Sequence record: SRR2962707_1601
Strand: one strand, 5' to 3'
Length of the DNA: 39,147 nt
A program made the position numbers and the translations under genes. The notes under the pieces were generated by a model. It was not told where the DNA came from. It did no database searches and was given only the letters and a program-made list of their open reading frames with translations. Below, piece after piece: positions 18,991-28,069 of this stretch. How positions within the stretch are numbered: the first letter of the stretch is position 1; each line of letters begins with the position of its first letter.

Positions 18991-19995
18991 ATGATGAAAT
19001 CACTTACCCGACGGTCTTTTACGGCAGCGGCATTGGCGACAACCGTCGGTTTTGCCACGGCTACAACAGCCTTTGCAGCCGACAACATCACCCTGCGTCT
19101 TTCGACGCCCGCGTCAGAGACAGACCAGCGTTCTATCGCATTGGCCGAAGTGTTTGCCCCTGCAATTGCAGATTTTGCAACATATGAGCCGCATTACAAT
19201 GCGTCGCTCTTTAAGCAAGGCACCGAGCTCGAAGCGATCGCGCGCGGCAACCTTGAGATGTCCATCACATCTGCCCAAGAACTGGCCGTTCTTTTCCCGG
19301 AATTCTCGGTCTTCACTGCGGGCTATGTACACCGTGATGCGGCGCACCAGGTTGCGGTTTTCAATGACGCCTTGATGGATCCGTTTAAGGAAAAAGTTGA
19401 AGAAGCGTTAAACGTAAAACTTCTCTCGGTCATGTATCTTGGCCGTCGCCAAGTGAACCTGCGCGAGTCCAAAGCTGAGCGTGAAGTCAAGACACCTGAG
19501 GATCTGGCGGGTGTGAACCTGCGTATGCCAGGAAGCGATGCATGGCAGTTCCTCGGCAAAGCACTGGGCGCAAACCCAACGCCAATGGCCTTTACTGAGG
19601 TCTACACAGCCCTGCAAACTGGTGCGGTTGACGGCCAAGACAACCCGCTTCCCACCGTTGTGGATGCCAAGTTCTATGAAGTCACAAAACAGATTGTTTT
19701 GACCTCTCACTTGGTTGACCTGAACTATATCGCGATTTCCAACGAAATCTGGAACGGGCTAAGTGCAGATCAGCAAGCGACGTTACAAATGGCAGCAGAC
19801 GCCGCGGCAGAGTCCGGTCGTCAGGCCCAGTTGGAAAAAGAAGACAGCCTTGTTTCCTTCCTGACGGAGCAGGGTCTGGACATTTATGAGCCTGATCAAG
19901 ATGCGTTCCGTGCCCGCGTGCAGGGCATGTACCTTGAGTCAGACCTTGCCAAAGACTGGCCTGCTGGTGTTCTTGATAAGATCAACGCTCTGTAA
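18991..19995 (+). CDS. dctP: TRAP transporter substrate-binding protein (DctP family)
   Basis: PEDLAGVNLRMP (conserved carboxylate-binding Arg), ANPTPMAFTEVYTALQTGAVDGQDNP, FYEV; RBS AAGGAGGAG. Confidence 0.92.
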   Translation: MMKSLTRRSFTAAALATTVGFATATTAFAADNITLRLSTPASETDQRSIALAEVFAPAIADFATYEPHYNASLFKQGTELEAIARGNLEMSITSAQELAVLFPEFSVFTAGYVHRDAAHQVAVFNDALMDPFKEKVEEALNVKLLSVMYLGRRQVNLRESKAEREVKTPEDLAGVNLRMPGSDAWQFLGKALGANPTPMAFTEVYTALQTGAVDGQDNPLPTVVDAKFYEVTKQIVLTSHLVDLNYIAISNEIWNGLSADQQATLQMAADAAAESGRQAQLEKEDSLVSFLTEQGLDIYEPDQDAFRARVQGMYLESDLAKDWPAGVLDKINAL

Positions 19996-20021
19996 ATCTG
20001 ATCGGTAGGGGGGATAAACCC

Positions 20022-20522
20022 GTGATCAAAAGGCTTCTTCAACGAGGGGCCGAAGGCGTGGCGGCGGCAATGCTTGCCGCCATGTTCCTGACCTTCGTCC
20101 TGCAAATTTTTTCACGTTACGTGATGAACAACCCGATGGGATGGACGTTAGAGCTTTGCCTGACTTTATGGGTTTGGCTTGTTTTTTGGGGCAGCGCGTT
20201 TGTGGTCCGCGAACAAGACCATGTTAGCTTTGACATCGTCTACCTGATGGCCCCGCGCAGAATACGACAAACACTGGCAACAATCTCGGCCCTTGCCATC
20301 GCGATAGGCCTTGCCGTGTCGATCCTACCCACGTGGGATTACATTGATTTCATGAAAATCAAGAAGAGCGCGACGCTCAAGATTCCAATGCGGACCGTCT
20401 TTTCGATCTACGCGTTATTTCTGGCTGCAATCGTTCTGCGCAGCCTTTGGCACGTCGTGCATATATGGCGCCGGGGAGACAGTTTTGACGATGAACGCAT
20501 CAGCGAAAAGGTTGACGGATGA
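20022..20522 (+). CDS. dctQ: TRAP transporter small permease
   Basis: Four TM segments, QIFSRYV, WTLEL, HVSFDI. Confidence 0.9.
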   Translation: MIKRLLQRGAEGVAAAMLAAMFLTFVLQIFSRYVMNNPMGWTLELCLTLWVWLVFWGSAFVVREQDHVSFDIVYLMAPRRIRQTLATISALAIAIGLAVSILPTWDYIDFMKIKKSATLKIPMRTVFSIYALFLAAIVLRSLWHVVHIWRRGDSFDDERISEKVDG

Positions 20523-21814
20523 GTATTGAGCTGAGCGTTTGCCTGATCGTCCTGTTCACGCTGGCGGCGATTGGGACCCCCATCGCCTATTCCATTATTG
20601 TGGCCGCAATCGCCTATTTGGCCATTGGCGGCCAGGACATTGCCCTAGCGGGCGAGCAAATGTTGCAAGGCCTTTACGAGAGCTTTGTGCTTTTGGCCGT
20701 GCCCCTATTCATCGTCGCCGCCGGCATCATGAATGCCGGAACGATTTCGGAACGGCTATTGAACTTTTGCGTCGCAGCCGTGGGTCGCTTCCGGGGCGGC
20801 CTGGGTCACGTGAATATTGTGGCGTCCCTCATCTTCTCGGGCATGTCCGGATCGGCCGTCGCGGATGCTGCTGGAATTGGCAAAATCATCATCGAAATGA
20901 TGACCAAGGAAGGTCGCTACCCTCGTGGATATGCGGCGGCCATCACAGCGGCCTCGGCCACAATTGGCCCGGTTATTCCGCCATCCATTCCCATGGTGCT
21001 CTATGCGCTGATCTCGAATACGTCGATTGGGTATCTTTTTCTGGGCGGGATCATTCCGGGCTTATTGATGGGCGCTGTCTTGATGGCGATGAATGCATTT
21101 CTGGCCAATAGACGCGGCTTCGCGATCGAAGAACCGGTACCGTTGTCCGCATTGCCAAGAGTGACGGCCAATGCCTTTCCGGCGCTTTTGATGCCCGCCA
21201 TTCTGCTTTATGGAATATACGGCGGCGTCACGACGCCAACAGAGGCCGCCGCCGTGGCAGCCGCTTATGCGTTGCTGTTGTCTGCCTTGTTCTATCGCGC
21301 GCTTAGCTTCAAAGCCTTGTATGGCATTCTGGTGGAAAGCGCGCGCAGCTCTGCGGCGGTTGGGGTCGTCATCGGCGGCGCGTTGATCTTAAATTACATC
21401 GTCGCGTCGGAAAACATCCCAAGCCTTGTGGCGCAATCTCTGGTCGGGATCGATATCCCGCCAATCGTTTTCTTGCTGGGCGTTAATGTTCTGCTCTTGT
21501 TGTTGGGCTGCGTATTGGATGCGACCACCATCATCCTTGTAATCCTGCCCCTGTTCATCCCCACCTGCCGCGAGCTAGGCATTGATTTGGTGCATTTTGG
21601 CGTTGTGGCCGTCATCAACTGTATGATCGGCCTGATCACCCCGCCCTACGGGATTTTGCTATTTGTGATCAATGCGGTCACCCGTATACCATTGGGTGAA
21701 ATTATTCGGGAAATCTGGTCCTTCTTGATAGTCCTGATCGTCGCATTGGCGCTGCTCATCTTCTTCCCGGGCATTGTTTTGTTCTTGCCGCGGTTGCTGG
21801 GATATCCAGGATAA
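20519..21814 (+). CDS. dctM: TRAP transporter large permease
   Basis: LAVPLFI, GGLGHVN, SGMSGSAVAD, IPPSIP, TPTEAA, ITPPYG. Confidence 0.93.
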   Translation: MSIELSVCLIVLFTLAAIGTPIAYSIIVAAIAYLAIGGQDIALAGEQMLQGLYESFVLLAVPLFIVAAGIMNAGTISERLLNFCVAAVGRFRGGLGHVNIVASLIFSGMSGSAVADAAGIGKIIIEMMTKEGRYPRGYAAAITAASATIGPVIPPSIPMVLYALISNTSIGYLFLGGIIPGLLMGAVLMAMNAFLANRRGFAIEEPVPLSALPRVTANAFPALLMPAILLYGIYGGVTTPTEAAAVAAAYALLLSALFYRALSFKALYGILVESARSSAAVGVVIGGALILNYIVASENIPSLVAQSLVGIDIPPIVFLLGVNVLLLLLGCVLDATTIILVILPLFIPTCRELGIDLVHFGVVAVINCMIGLITPPYGILLFVINAVTRIPLGEIIREIWSFLIVLIVALALLIFFPGIVLFLPRLLGYPG

Positions 21815-21867
21815 ACAACGCCAAGTGTGATTGGCGGACTGCTTTTGGAAAGTTGGAAAAGTCTATT

Positions 21868-21905
21868 GGGCGGGGGATGGCGATGAGCCAAGCCCCCGCC
21901 CTTTT
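21868..21905 (+). terminator. Intrinsic terminator of the TRAP operon
   Basis: GGGCGGGGG...CCCCCGCCC stem with inner TGGC/GCCA pairing, followed by TTTT. Confidence 0.7.
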
Positions 21906-22043
21906 CCGCTTCAGGGAGCGCGACCACCCCAACCAATTACGTTACCGATATTTCAACAAACTTTATATGTTGTAACTTTTAATTGCCTCAGATGGGGTTT
22001 TCGGTTATACCAACCATACGGTCGAACAATGAGGGCGCGACAC

Positions 22044-23036
22044 ATGTATGCTCAAATGGTAAAATCCACCGGCGAAGGCGTCAAAAGTGATCGCCAGATG
22101 TCAGCCGAAGAACGCCGCTTTCAGGCGCGTATCGACGCGGGTGAAAAAATCGAACCGAAAGACTGGATGCCAGACGGCTATCGCAAAACGCTCATCCGTC
22201 AGATCGGCCAACACGCGCATTCTGAGATCGTTGGTCAATTGCCCGAAGGGAACTGGATCACGCGGGCACCGACATTGGAACGCAAAGCCATTTTGCTCGC
22301 CAAAGTTCAGGATGAGGCCGGCCACGGTCTGTACCTCTATGGGGCAGCGGAAACGCTGGGTGTGTCGCGGGACAAACTGACCGAAGATTTATTGAGCGGT
22401 CGCATGAAGTATAGTTCGATCTTTAATTATCCAACGCTGACATGGGCAGACATGGGGGCTGTAGGATGGTTGGTCGATGGAGCGGCAATCATGAACCAAG
22501 TGCCGCTGCAAAGAACATCTTTCGGGCCTTATGCCAGAGCAATGGTGCGTGTCTGTAAAGAGGAGTCCTTTCATCAGCGTCAGGGCTACGACATCATGAT
22601 GAAGATGGCGAACGGCACCCCTGCCCAAAAGAAGATGGCACAGGATGCGTTAAACCGGTTCTGGTACCCTTCTCTGATGATGTTTGGTCCCAGCGATAAA
22701 GACAGTGTCCACTCTGCGCAAAGCATGGCGTGGAAAATCAAAATGAACACCAATGATGAGCTTCGCCAGAAATTTGTTGATCAAACCGCGCCTCAAGCGG
22801 AGTTTCTGGGATTGACCGTTCCGGACAAAACGCTGTCGTGGAACGAAGAAAAAGGTGGTTATGACTATGCCGAACCAGATTGGGATGAATTCCACAATGT
22901 GATCAAGGGCAACGGCCCTTGCAACACTGAACGTCTGGCCGCCCGCAACAAGGCCTGGACCGATGGAAAATGGGTGCGCGACGGATTGCTGGCCCATGCG
23001 CAGAAACGTGCACAGAAAAAGGTAGCCGCAGAATGA
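22044..23036 (+). CDS. paaA: Phenylacetyl-CoA 1,2-epoxidase subunit A
   Basis: [39 protein letters not shown] (di-iron ExxH motifs). Start at ATG 22044 (MYAQMV). Confidence 0.96.
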   Translation: MYAQMVKSTGEGVKSDRQMSAEERRFQARIDAGEKIEPKDWMPDGYRKTLIRQIGQHAHSEIVGQLPEGNWITRAPTLERKAILLAKVQDEAGHGLYLYGAAETLGVSRDKLTEDLLSGRMKYSSIFNYPTLTWADMGAVGWLVDGAAIMNQVPLQRTSFGPYARAMVRVCKEESFHQRQGYDIMMKMANGTPAQKKMAQDALNRFWYPSLMMFGPSDKDSVHSAQSMAWKIKMNTNDELRQKFVDQTAPQAEFLGLTVPDKTLSWNEEKGGYDYAEPDWDEFHNVIKGNGPCNTERLAARNKAWTDGKWVRDGLLAHAQKRAQKKVAAE

Positions 23037-23353
23037 GCACCGATCAAACTTCCGCGTCTGAAAATGGCGCGCGCCATGAATGGCCCCTTTGGGAAATCTT
23101 TATCCGGGGCCAGCATGGCATGAGCCACCGACATGTTGGATCACTTCACGCACCTGACGCAGAACTCGCGCTGAAAAACGCCCGCGACGTGTATACACGC
23201 CGCAATGAAGGGGTGAGCATTTGGGTGGTTGAGGCCAAGAGCATCACCGCGTCATCGCCCTCGGAAAAAGGCCCTTTGTTCGAACCAGCGGAAAGCAAGA
23301 TTTACCGTCACCCAACGTTCTTTGATATCCCCGATGAAGTGGGAGCCATGTAA
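23033..23353 (+). CDS. paaB: Phenylacetyl-CoA epoxidase subunit B
   Basis: [43 protein letters not shown] overlap with paaA. Confidence 0.95.
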   Translation: MSTDQTSASENGARHEWPLWEIFIRGQHGMSHRHVGSLHAPDAELALKNARDVYTRRNEGVSIWVVEAKSITASSPSEKGPLFEPAESKIYRHPTFFDIPDEVGAM

Positions 23354-24111
23354 TGGCACAGGCTGACTTGTTCGAATTCCTGTGCCGTATGGGTGACAAC
23401 ACACTTGTTCTGGGCCATGGCCTGTCAGAGTGGTGCGGCCACGCGCCGATACTCGAAGAAGATATCGCCGTTGCCAATATGGCGTTGGACATGATTGGCC
23501 AAACCCAAATGTGGCTGGGTCTTGCCGGAGAAATCGAAGGCAAGGGCCGCAGCGCCGATGATTTGGCCATGCTGCGGGATGTTTGGGATTTCCGGAATGC
23601 CTTGTTGGTCGAACAACCGAATGGGGATTTTGGTCAAACGATCATGCGTCAATTCCTGTTCGATGCATGGCATTCTCTGATGCTGAACGCGTTAAAGAGC
23701 TCGACCGATCAGCGCATTGCCGACATTGCCGAAAAGGCCAGCAAAGAAGTGGCGTACCATGTCGAACGCTCTGCCGATCTGGTTGTCGGACTTGGGGATG
23801 GCACTGCGGAAAGCCACGAACGCATGCAGAATGCCTTGAATCTATTGTGGCCCTATGCTGGCGAATTTTTCCTTGCCGATGAGGTTGATGAGACCATAAC
23901 CGCAGAAGGGATTGCGCCCGACCTGGCGTCGCTGCGATCAGCTTATGACGCCCTGATCAATGACGTGTTCGAGCAAGCAACCCTGAAACGACCAGATAGC
24001 CAATTCGTTCATAAAGGTGGGCGATCGGGGTTTCAACACAGCGAACACCTCGGGCATATGCTCTCAAAAATGCAATGGTTGCAGCGTGCCTACCCCGGAG
24101 CCACCTGGTAA
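23353..24111 (+). CDS. paaC: Phenylacetyl-CoA epoxidase subunit C
   Basis: SEWCGHAPILEEDIA, LVEQPNGDFG, KEVAYH, HSEHLGH, MQWLQRAYPGATW. Confidence 0.95.
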   Translation: MAQADLFEFLCRMGDNTLVLGHGLSEWCGHAPILEEDIAVANMALDMIGQTQMWLGLAGEIEGKGRSADDLAMLRDVWDFRNALLVEQPNGDFGQTIMRQFLFDAWHSLMLNALKSSTDQRIADIAEKASKEVAYHVERSADLVVGLGDGTAESHERMQNALNLLWPYAGEFFLADEVDETITAEGIAPDLASLRSAYDALINDVFEQATLKRPDSQFVHKGGRSGFQHSEHLGHMLSKMQWLQRAYPGATW

Positions 24112-24112
24112 G

Positions 24113-24571
24113 ATGAAAGCCGCTGTAGAAGACATTTGGCGTTGGTTGGACGATGTGCCCGACCCCGAAATTCCGGTTATATCCGTCGTCGATCTTGGGA
24201 TCGTGCGCGGGGTGACGTGGCAGGGTGATTGCTTAGAGATCGCGGTGACTCCCACCTACTCTGGCTGCCCGGCGACGCGTGTCATTTCGAACGACATCGA
24301 AACGGCCTTAAAGAGCCATGGTATTGCTGACATACGGATCAAAACCCAGATTTCGCCCGCTTGGACCACAGATTGGCTTAGCGACAAGGGCCGCGCCAAA
24401 CTGTTGGACTATGGGATTGCCCCTCCACAGGCGACCGGAATCCCCACGGCCTGTCCAAATTGCGGGGCAAGCGACGTCGTCAAAATAAGCCAATTCGGGT
24501 CGACCCCATGCAAAGCGCACTGGCGATGCCAAAGCTGCTTGGAACCCTTCGACTATTTCAAATGCATCTAA
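24113..24571 (+). CDS. paaD: Phenylacetyl-CoA epoxidase subunit D
   Basis: VPDPEIPVISVVDLG, TPTYSGCPA, PAWTTDW, CPNCG, FGSTPCK, CQSCLEPFDYFK. Confidence 0.94.
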   Translation: MKAAVEDIWRWLDDVPDPEIPVISVVDLGIVRGVTWQGDCLEIAVTPTYSGCPATRVISNDIETALKSHGIADIRIKTQISPAWTTDWLSDKGRAKLLDYGIAPPQATGIPTACPNCGASDVVKISQFGSTPCKAHWRCQSCLEPFDYFKCI

Positions 24572-24583
24572 GGAGTAGGTCAC

Positions 24584-25651
24584 ATGGCACGCTTTCATGA
24601 GCTTTCAGTCACGGATGTTAAAAAGACGATCCGAGACGCCATTGTCGTATCGCTTAAACCTGTAAACGGCGGCGATTTTGACTTCACCCAAGGCCAATAC
24701 CTGACATTTCGCCGTGACTTTGACGGCACCGAATTGCGCCGTTCTTATTCGATCTGCGCTGGAAAGAATGACGGGGTTCTGAAAGTCGGGATCAAGAAAG
24801 TCGACGGTGGGGCCTTTTCAACATGGGCCAACGAAGACTTAAAACCCGGCGATATTCTCGAAGCGATGTCGCCAATGGGACGGTTTTTCACTCCGTTGGA
24901 CGCTGAGGCCGAGAAAAACTATCTCGGGTTTGCTGGTGGCTCCGGCATCACCCCCGTTTTGTCCATCCTGAAAACCACTTTGGAAGCGGAACCCAGCAGC
25001 ACATTTACGCTGGTATACGCCAACCGGGCCGTGAACACGATCATGTTCCGGGAAGAGCTGGAAGACCTGAAAAACCAGTATATGGGGCGGCTTACCTTGA
25101 TCCATATTCTGGAAACCGACGCCCAAGATATCGATCTGTTCACAGGACGTGTCGACACAGATAAATGCGCAGCTCTTTTCTCAAAATGGATTGATATAGA
25201 AAGCATCGACACCGCCTTTATCTGTGGGCCTGAGCCGATGATGCTCGGCATTTCAGCAAGCTTGCGCAGCCACGGTCTTACGGAAGATCAGATCAAATTT
25301 GAGCTCTTTGCCAGCTCTCAACCCGGTCGTCTGGTACAAACCGCCCGATCCGGTGACACCACGTCGGCATCCAAGACAACTCGGGCAACTGTCAAACTTG
25401 ATGGGACATCCAGATCCTTTGACATGCGCCAAGATCAATCCCTGCTCGAGGCTGCTTTGGAAAATGCACTGGACGCGCCGTTTGCCTGCAAAGCCGGGGT
25501 CTGTTCGACCTGCCGATGCCGCGTTGTCGAAGGTCAGGTTGAAATGCTCACCAACCATGCGCTGGAAGATTACGAAGTGGAAAACGGCTTTGTCTTGTCC
25601 TGCCAGTCTTATCCGCTGACCGACAAGGTCGTTGTCGACTACGATCACTAA
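24584..25651 (+). CDS. paaE: Phenylacetyl-CoA epoxidase reductase subunit E (FAD/NAD(P)H plus 2Fe-2S)
   Basis: RRSYSI, AGGSGITP, ICGP, C-terminal CKAGVCSTC...LSCQ ferredoxin. Confidence 0.95.
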   Translation: MARFHELSVTDVKKTIRDAIVVSLKPVNGGDFDFTQGQYLTFRRDFDGTELRRSYSICAGKNDGVLKVGIKKVDGGAFSTWANEDLKPGDILEAMSPMGRFFTPLDAEAEKNYLGFAGGSGITPVLSILKTTLEAEPSSTFTLVYANRAVNTIMFREELEDLKNQYMGRLTLIHILETDAQDIDLFTGRVDTDKCAALFSKWIDIESIDTAFICGPEPMMLGISASLRSHGLTEDQIKFELFASSQPGRLVQTARSGDTTSASKTTRATVKLDGTSRSFDMRQDQSLLEAALENALDAPFACKAGVCSTCRCRVVEGQVEMLTNHALEDYEVENGFVLSCQSYPLTDKVVVDYDH

Positions 25652-25683
25652 CCCCATGAAATAAGTTTAAATGAGGCCGCATC

Positions 25684-27717
25684 ATGAGTCTTCTTAACAT
25701 CGAAAGTTTTGCGGCTGGCGCATGGGTTCCTGCCGGGACCGGCGCGCGTACGATTGAGAACGCCATTACAGGGGCCCCCATGGCGGTCGCCGGAAATGAG
25801 GCCTTGGACATTCAAGCCATGCTTGCCTACGCCCGAGATGTCGGTGGCCCCTCATTACGGCAGCTCACGTTTCATGACCGCGCCAAGATGTTAAAAGCAA
25901 TCGCCTTGCATCTGGGGCAGCATAAACAAGCCTTGTACGACGCATCCTATACAACGGGCGCCACGCTTTCCGATCACAGAATCGACGTTGACGGCGGTAT
26001 CGGCACGATGTTCGTCTTTGCCTCCAAGGGGCGTCGAGAGCTGCCTGATGCGCAAATCTATGTCGATGGGGACATCGAGCAGCTGTCCAAGAATGGGACT
26101 TTCCTTGGCCAGCATATCTACACGCCAATGCAGGGCGTGGCCGTGCATATCAATGCCTTCAACTTCCCGGTGTGGGGAATGCTGGAAAAGCTGGCCCCTA
26201 GCCTTTTGGCCGGTGTGCCCTCTATCGTCAAACCGGCAACGGCCACGTGCTATGTCACTGAACTGGCGGTAAGAATAATTCTCGATAGCGGCATCTTACC
26301 CGCCGGTGCGTTGCAATTGGTCACCGGAGGTTTGGGCGACATGCTGACCCATCTGGACTGTCAGGACAGTGTGACCTTTACCGGCTCTGCCCAGACCGCT
26401 CTAAAGCTTCGGACTAATCCTGTTTTGTTGCAAAACTCGATCCGCTTCAATGCAGAGCAAGACAGTCTCAACGCGTCCGTTCTGGGCGCGGACGTGTCGC
26501 CGGGGGCCGCCGAATTTGATCTGTTCATCAAAGAAGTCCACCGCGAAATGACGGCGAAGGCCGGACAGAAATGTACCGCCGTCCGACGCATTCTTGTGCC
26601 AGATGCGCAGGTCGATGCCGTGATTTCGGCTTTGTCGAGGCGATTGGCAAAAACGGTGGTTGGTCACCCGCAAGCCGAAGGCACCCGGATGGGCGCTTTG
26701 GTGTCGAATGCTCAGAAACAAGATGTGTTGGCCAAGGTTGCGTTGATCGAAACTGAGGCTGAGCGGGTCTTTGGCGATCTAGATACCTTCACTGTCAACG
26801 GTGCGGATCGCGACGCCGGCGCGTTTTTGCCCCCCATGCTGCTGCATTGCGCCTACCCTGACACGGCAAAACATGTTCATGATATTGAGGCCTTTGGCCC
26901 TGTGTCCACGATCATGGGCTATCGTGACATCGACCATGTGATCACTTTGGCCAATCGTGGTAAGGGGAGCCTCGTGAGCTCTGTTTTCACGCGTGATACC
27001 GAAACAGCGCGTCAATTCGCGCTGCGTGCCGGAGCGTTTCACGGTCGGTTGTATTTCAACAATGCCGACAGCATGTCCGAAAGCACCGGTCATGGCGCGC
27101 CGATGCCGCATATGGTGCATGGTGGACCGGGCCGGGCCGGAGGCGGAGAAGAGCTTGGCGGTATCCGAGGTGTGATGCATTACATGCAACGCACCGCCAT
27201 ACAGGGCAGCCCAGACATCTTAACAGCGATTTCAGGAAAATGGGTTCCAGGAGCAGCGCAAAAACCCGGACCGTCACATCCCTTCACCCGCACATTTGAC
27301 GAGCTGCAAATCGGGGAAACGCTGATTACGGCCCCGCGGACTGTGACACTCGAAGATATCGAACATTTCGCAGAATTCACCGGTGATCGGTTCTATGCCC
27401 ATATGGATGAAGACGCCGCCCAGCGAAATCCATTCTTTCCGGGACGTGTGGCGCATGGGTACTTGCTTTTGTCCTTCGCAGCAGGGCTATTCGTAGACCC
27501 AAACGAAGGGCCCGTTCTGGCCAATACCGGCCTCGACAACCTTCGGTTTATGAAGCCCGTAACCGCAGGCGAAGACATCAAGGTTTGCCTGACGGTGAAA
27601 GCCAAAACCCCCCGCAACAACGACTATGGTGAGGTGCGGTGGCACGTCAGCTTGTCTGATAGCCAAGATGCGATGGTCGCTCAGTATGAACTGCTGACAA
27701 TGAACGCCTTTACCTAG
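25684..27717 (+). CDS. paaZ: Bifunctional oxepin-CoA hydrolase / aldehyde dehydrogenase
   Basis: INAFNFP, FTGSA, AEQDSLN, AGQKCTA (ALDH Glu/Cys), HGGPGRAGGGEE; C-terminal MaoC domain GDRFYAHMD, VAHG. Confidence 0.95.
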   Translation: MSLLNIESFAAGAWVPAGTGARTIENAITGAPMAVAGNEALDIQAMLAYARDVGGPSLRQLTFHDRAKMLKAIALHLGQHKQALYDASYTTGATLSDHRIDVDGGIGTMFVFASKGRRELPDAQIYVDGDIEQLSKNGTFLGQHIYTPMQGVAVHINAFNFPVWGMLEKLAPSLLAGVPSIVKPATATCYVTELAVRIILDSGILPAGALQLVTGGLGDMLTHLDCQDSVTFTGSAQTALKLRTNPVLLQNSIRFNAEQDSLNASVLGADVSPGAAEFDLFIKEVHREMTAKAGQKCTAVRRILVPDAQVDAVISALSRRLAKTVVGHPQAEGTRMGALVSNAQKQDVLAKVALIETEAERVFGDLDTFTVNGADRDAGAFLPPMLLHCAYPDTAKHVHDIEAFGPVSTIMGYRDIDHVITLANRGKGSLVSSVFTRDTETARQFALRAGAFHGRLYFNNADSMSESTGHGAPMPHMVHGGPGRAGGGEELGGIRGVMHYMQRTAIQGSPDILTAISGKWVPGAAQKPGPSHPFTRTFDELQIGETLITAPRTVTLEDIEHFAEFTGDRFYAHMDEDAAQRNPFFPGRVAHGYLLLSFAAGLFVDPNEGPVLANTGLDNLRFMKPVTAGEDIKVCLTVKAKTPRNNDYGEVRWHVSLSDSQDAMVAQYELLTMNAFT

Positions 27718-28069
27718 CACGCTCTGAACGGGCCATGGTTCATTTTTCGTCCCTCAATGGAAGAGGCTGCCGGGAACGTCAGAAATCTCAGGAATGCGGA
27801 AGACCAGATGCGAGGATCGGTTGGAAACACGACCCTCGCAGGACAGAACATGTCAGCCCAGCGCACATTTTGCGACCAGTCACTCGGATATGCTGGCGAA
27901 ACGGGCAACGAGCACGGCAGTGCAGCTATACCCAATTCCGAATTAGAAATCCCCTTTTGGATGGCAATTGGACTATCTGTTTGGCCCAAATGTAAGTTAA
28001 AACAAGCGACAGACTGATTTCTTTTACGAAAATCGTCCCGCAAATGAAATGGAGGCCGCAGAAGATCAA

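Noticed and set aside
21831-22043. 71-aa N-terminal extension of PaaA in the ORF track
   Set aside because: It spans a terminator and an AT-rich promoter; PaaA-like sequence begins at ATG 22044. Upstream extensions of the LamB, SBP, PxpB-like, DctP, PaaB, PaaD and thioesterase ORFs were trimmed similarly.
27718-28069. Small ORFs or pseudogene in the 350-bp gap after paaZ
   Set aside because: Several overlapping short ORFs, none with recognisable homology or a convincing RBS; a translated search is needed to exclude a remnant.
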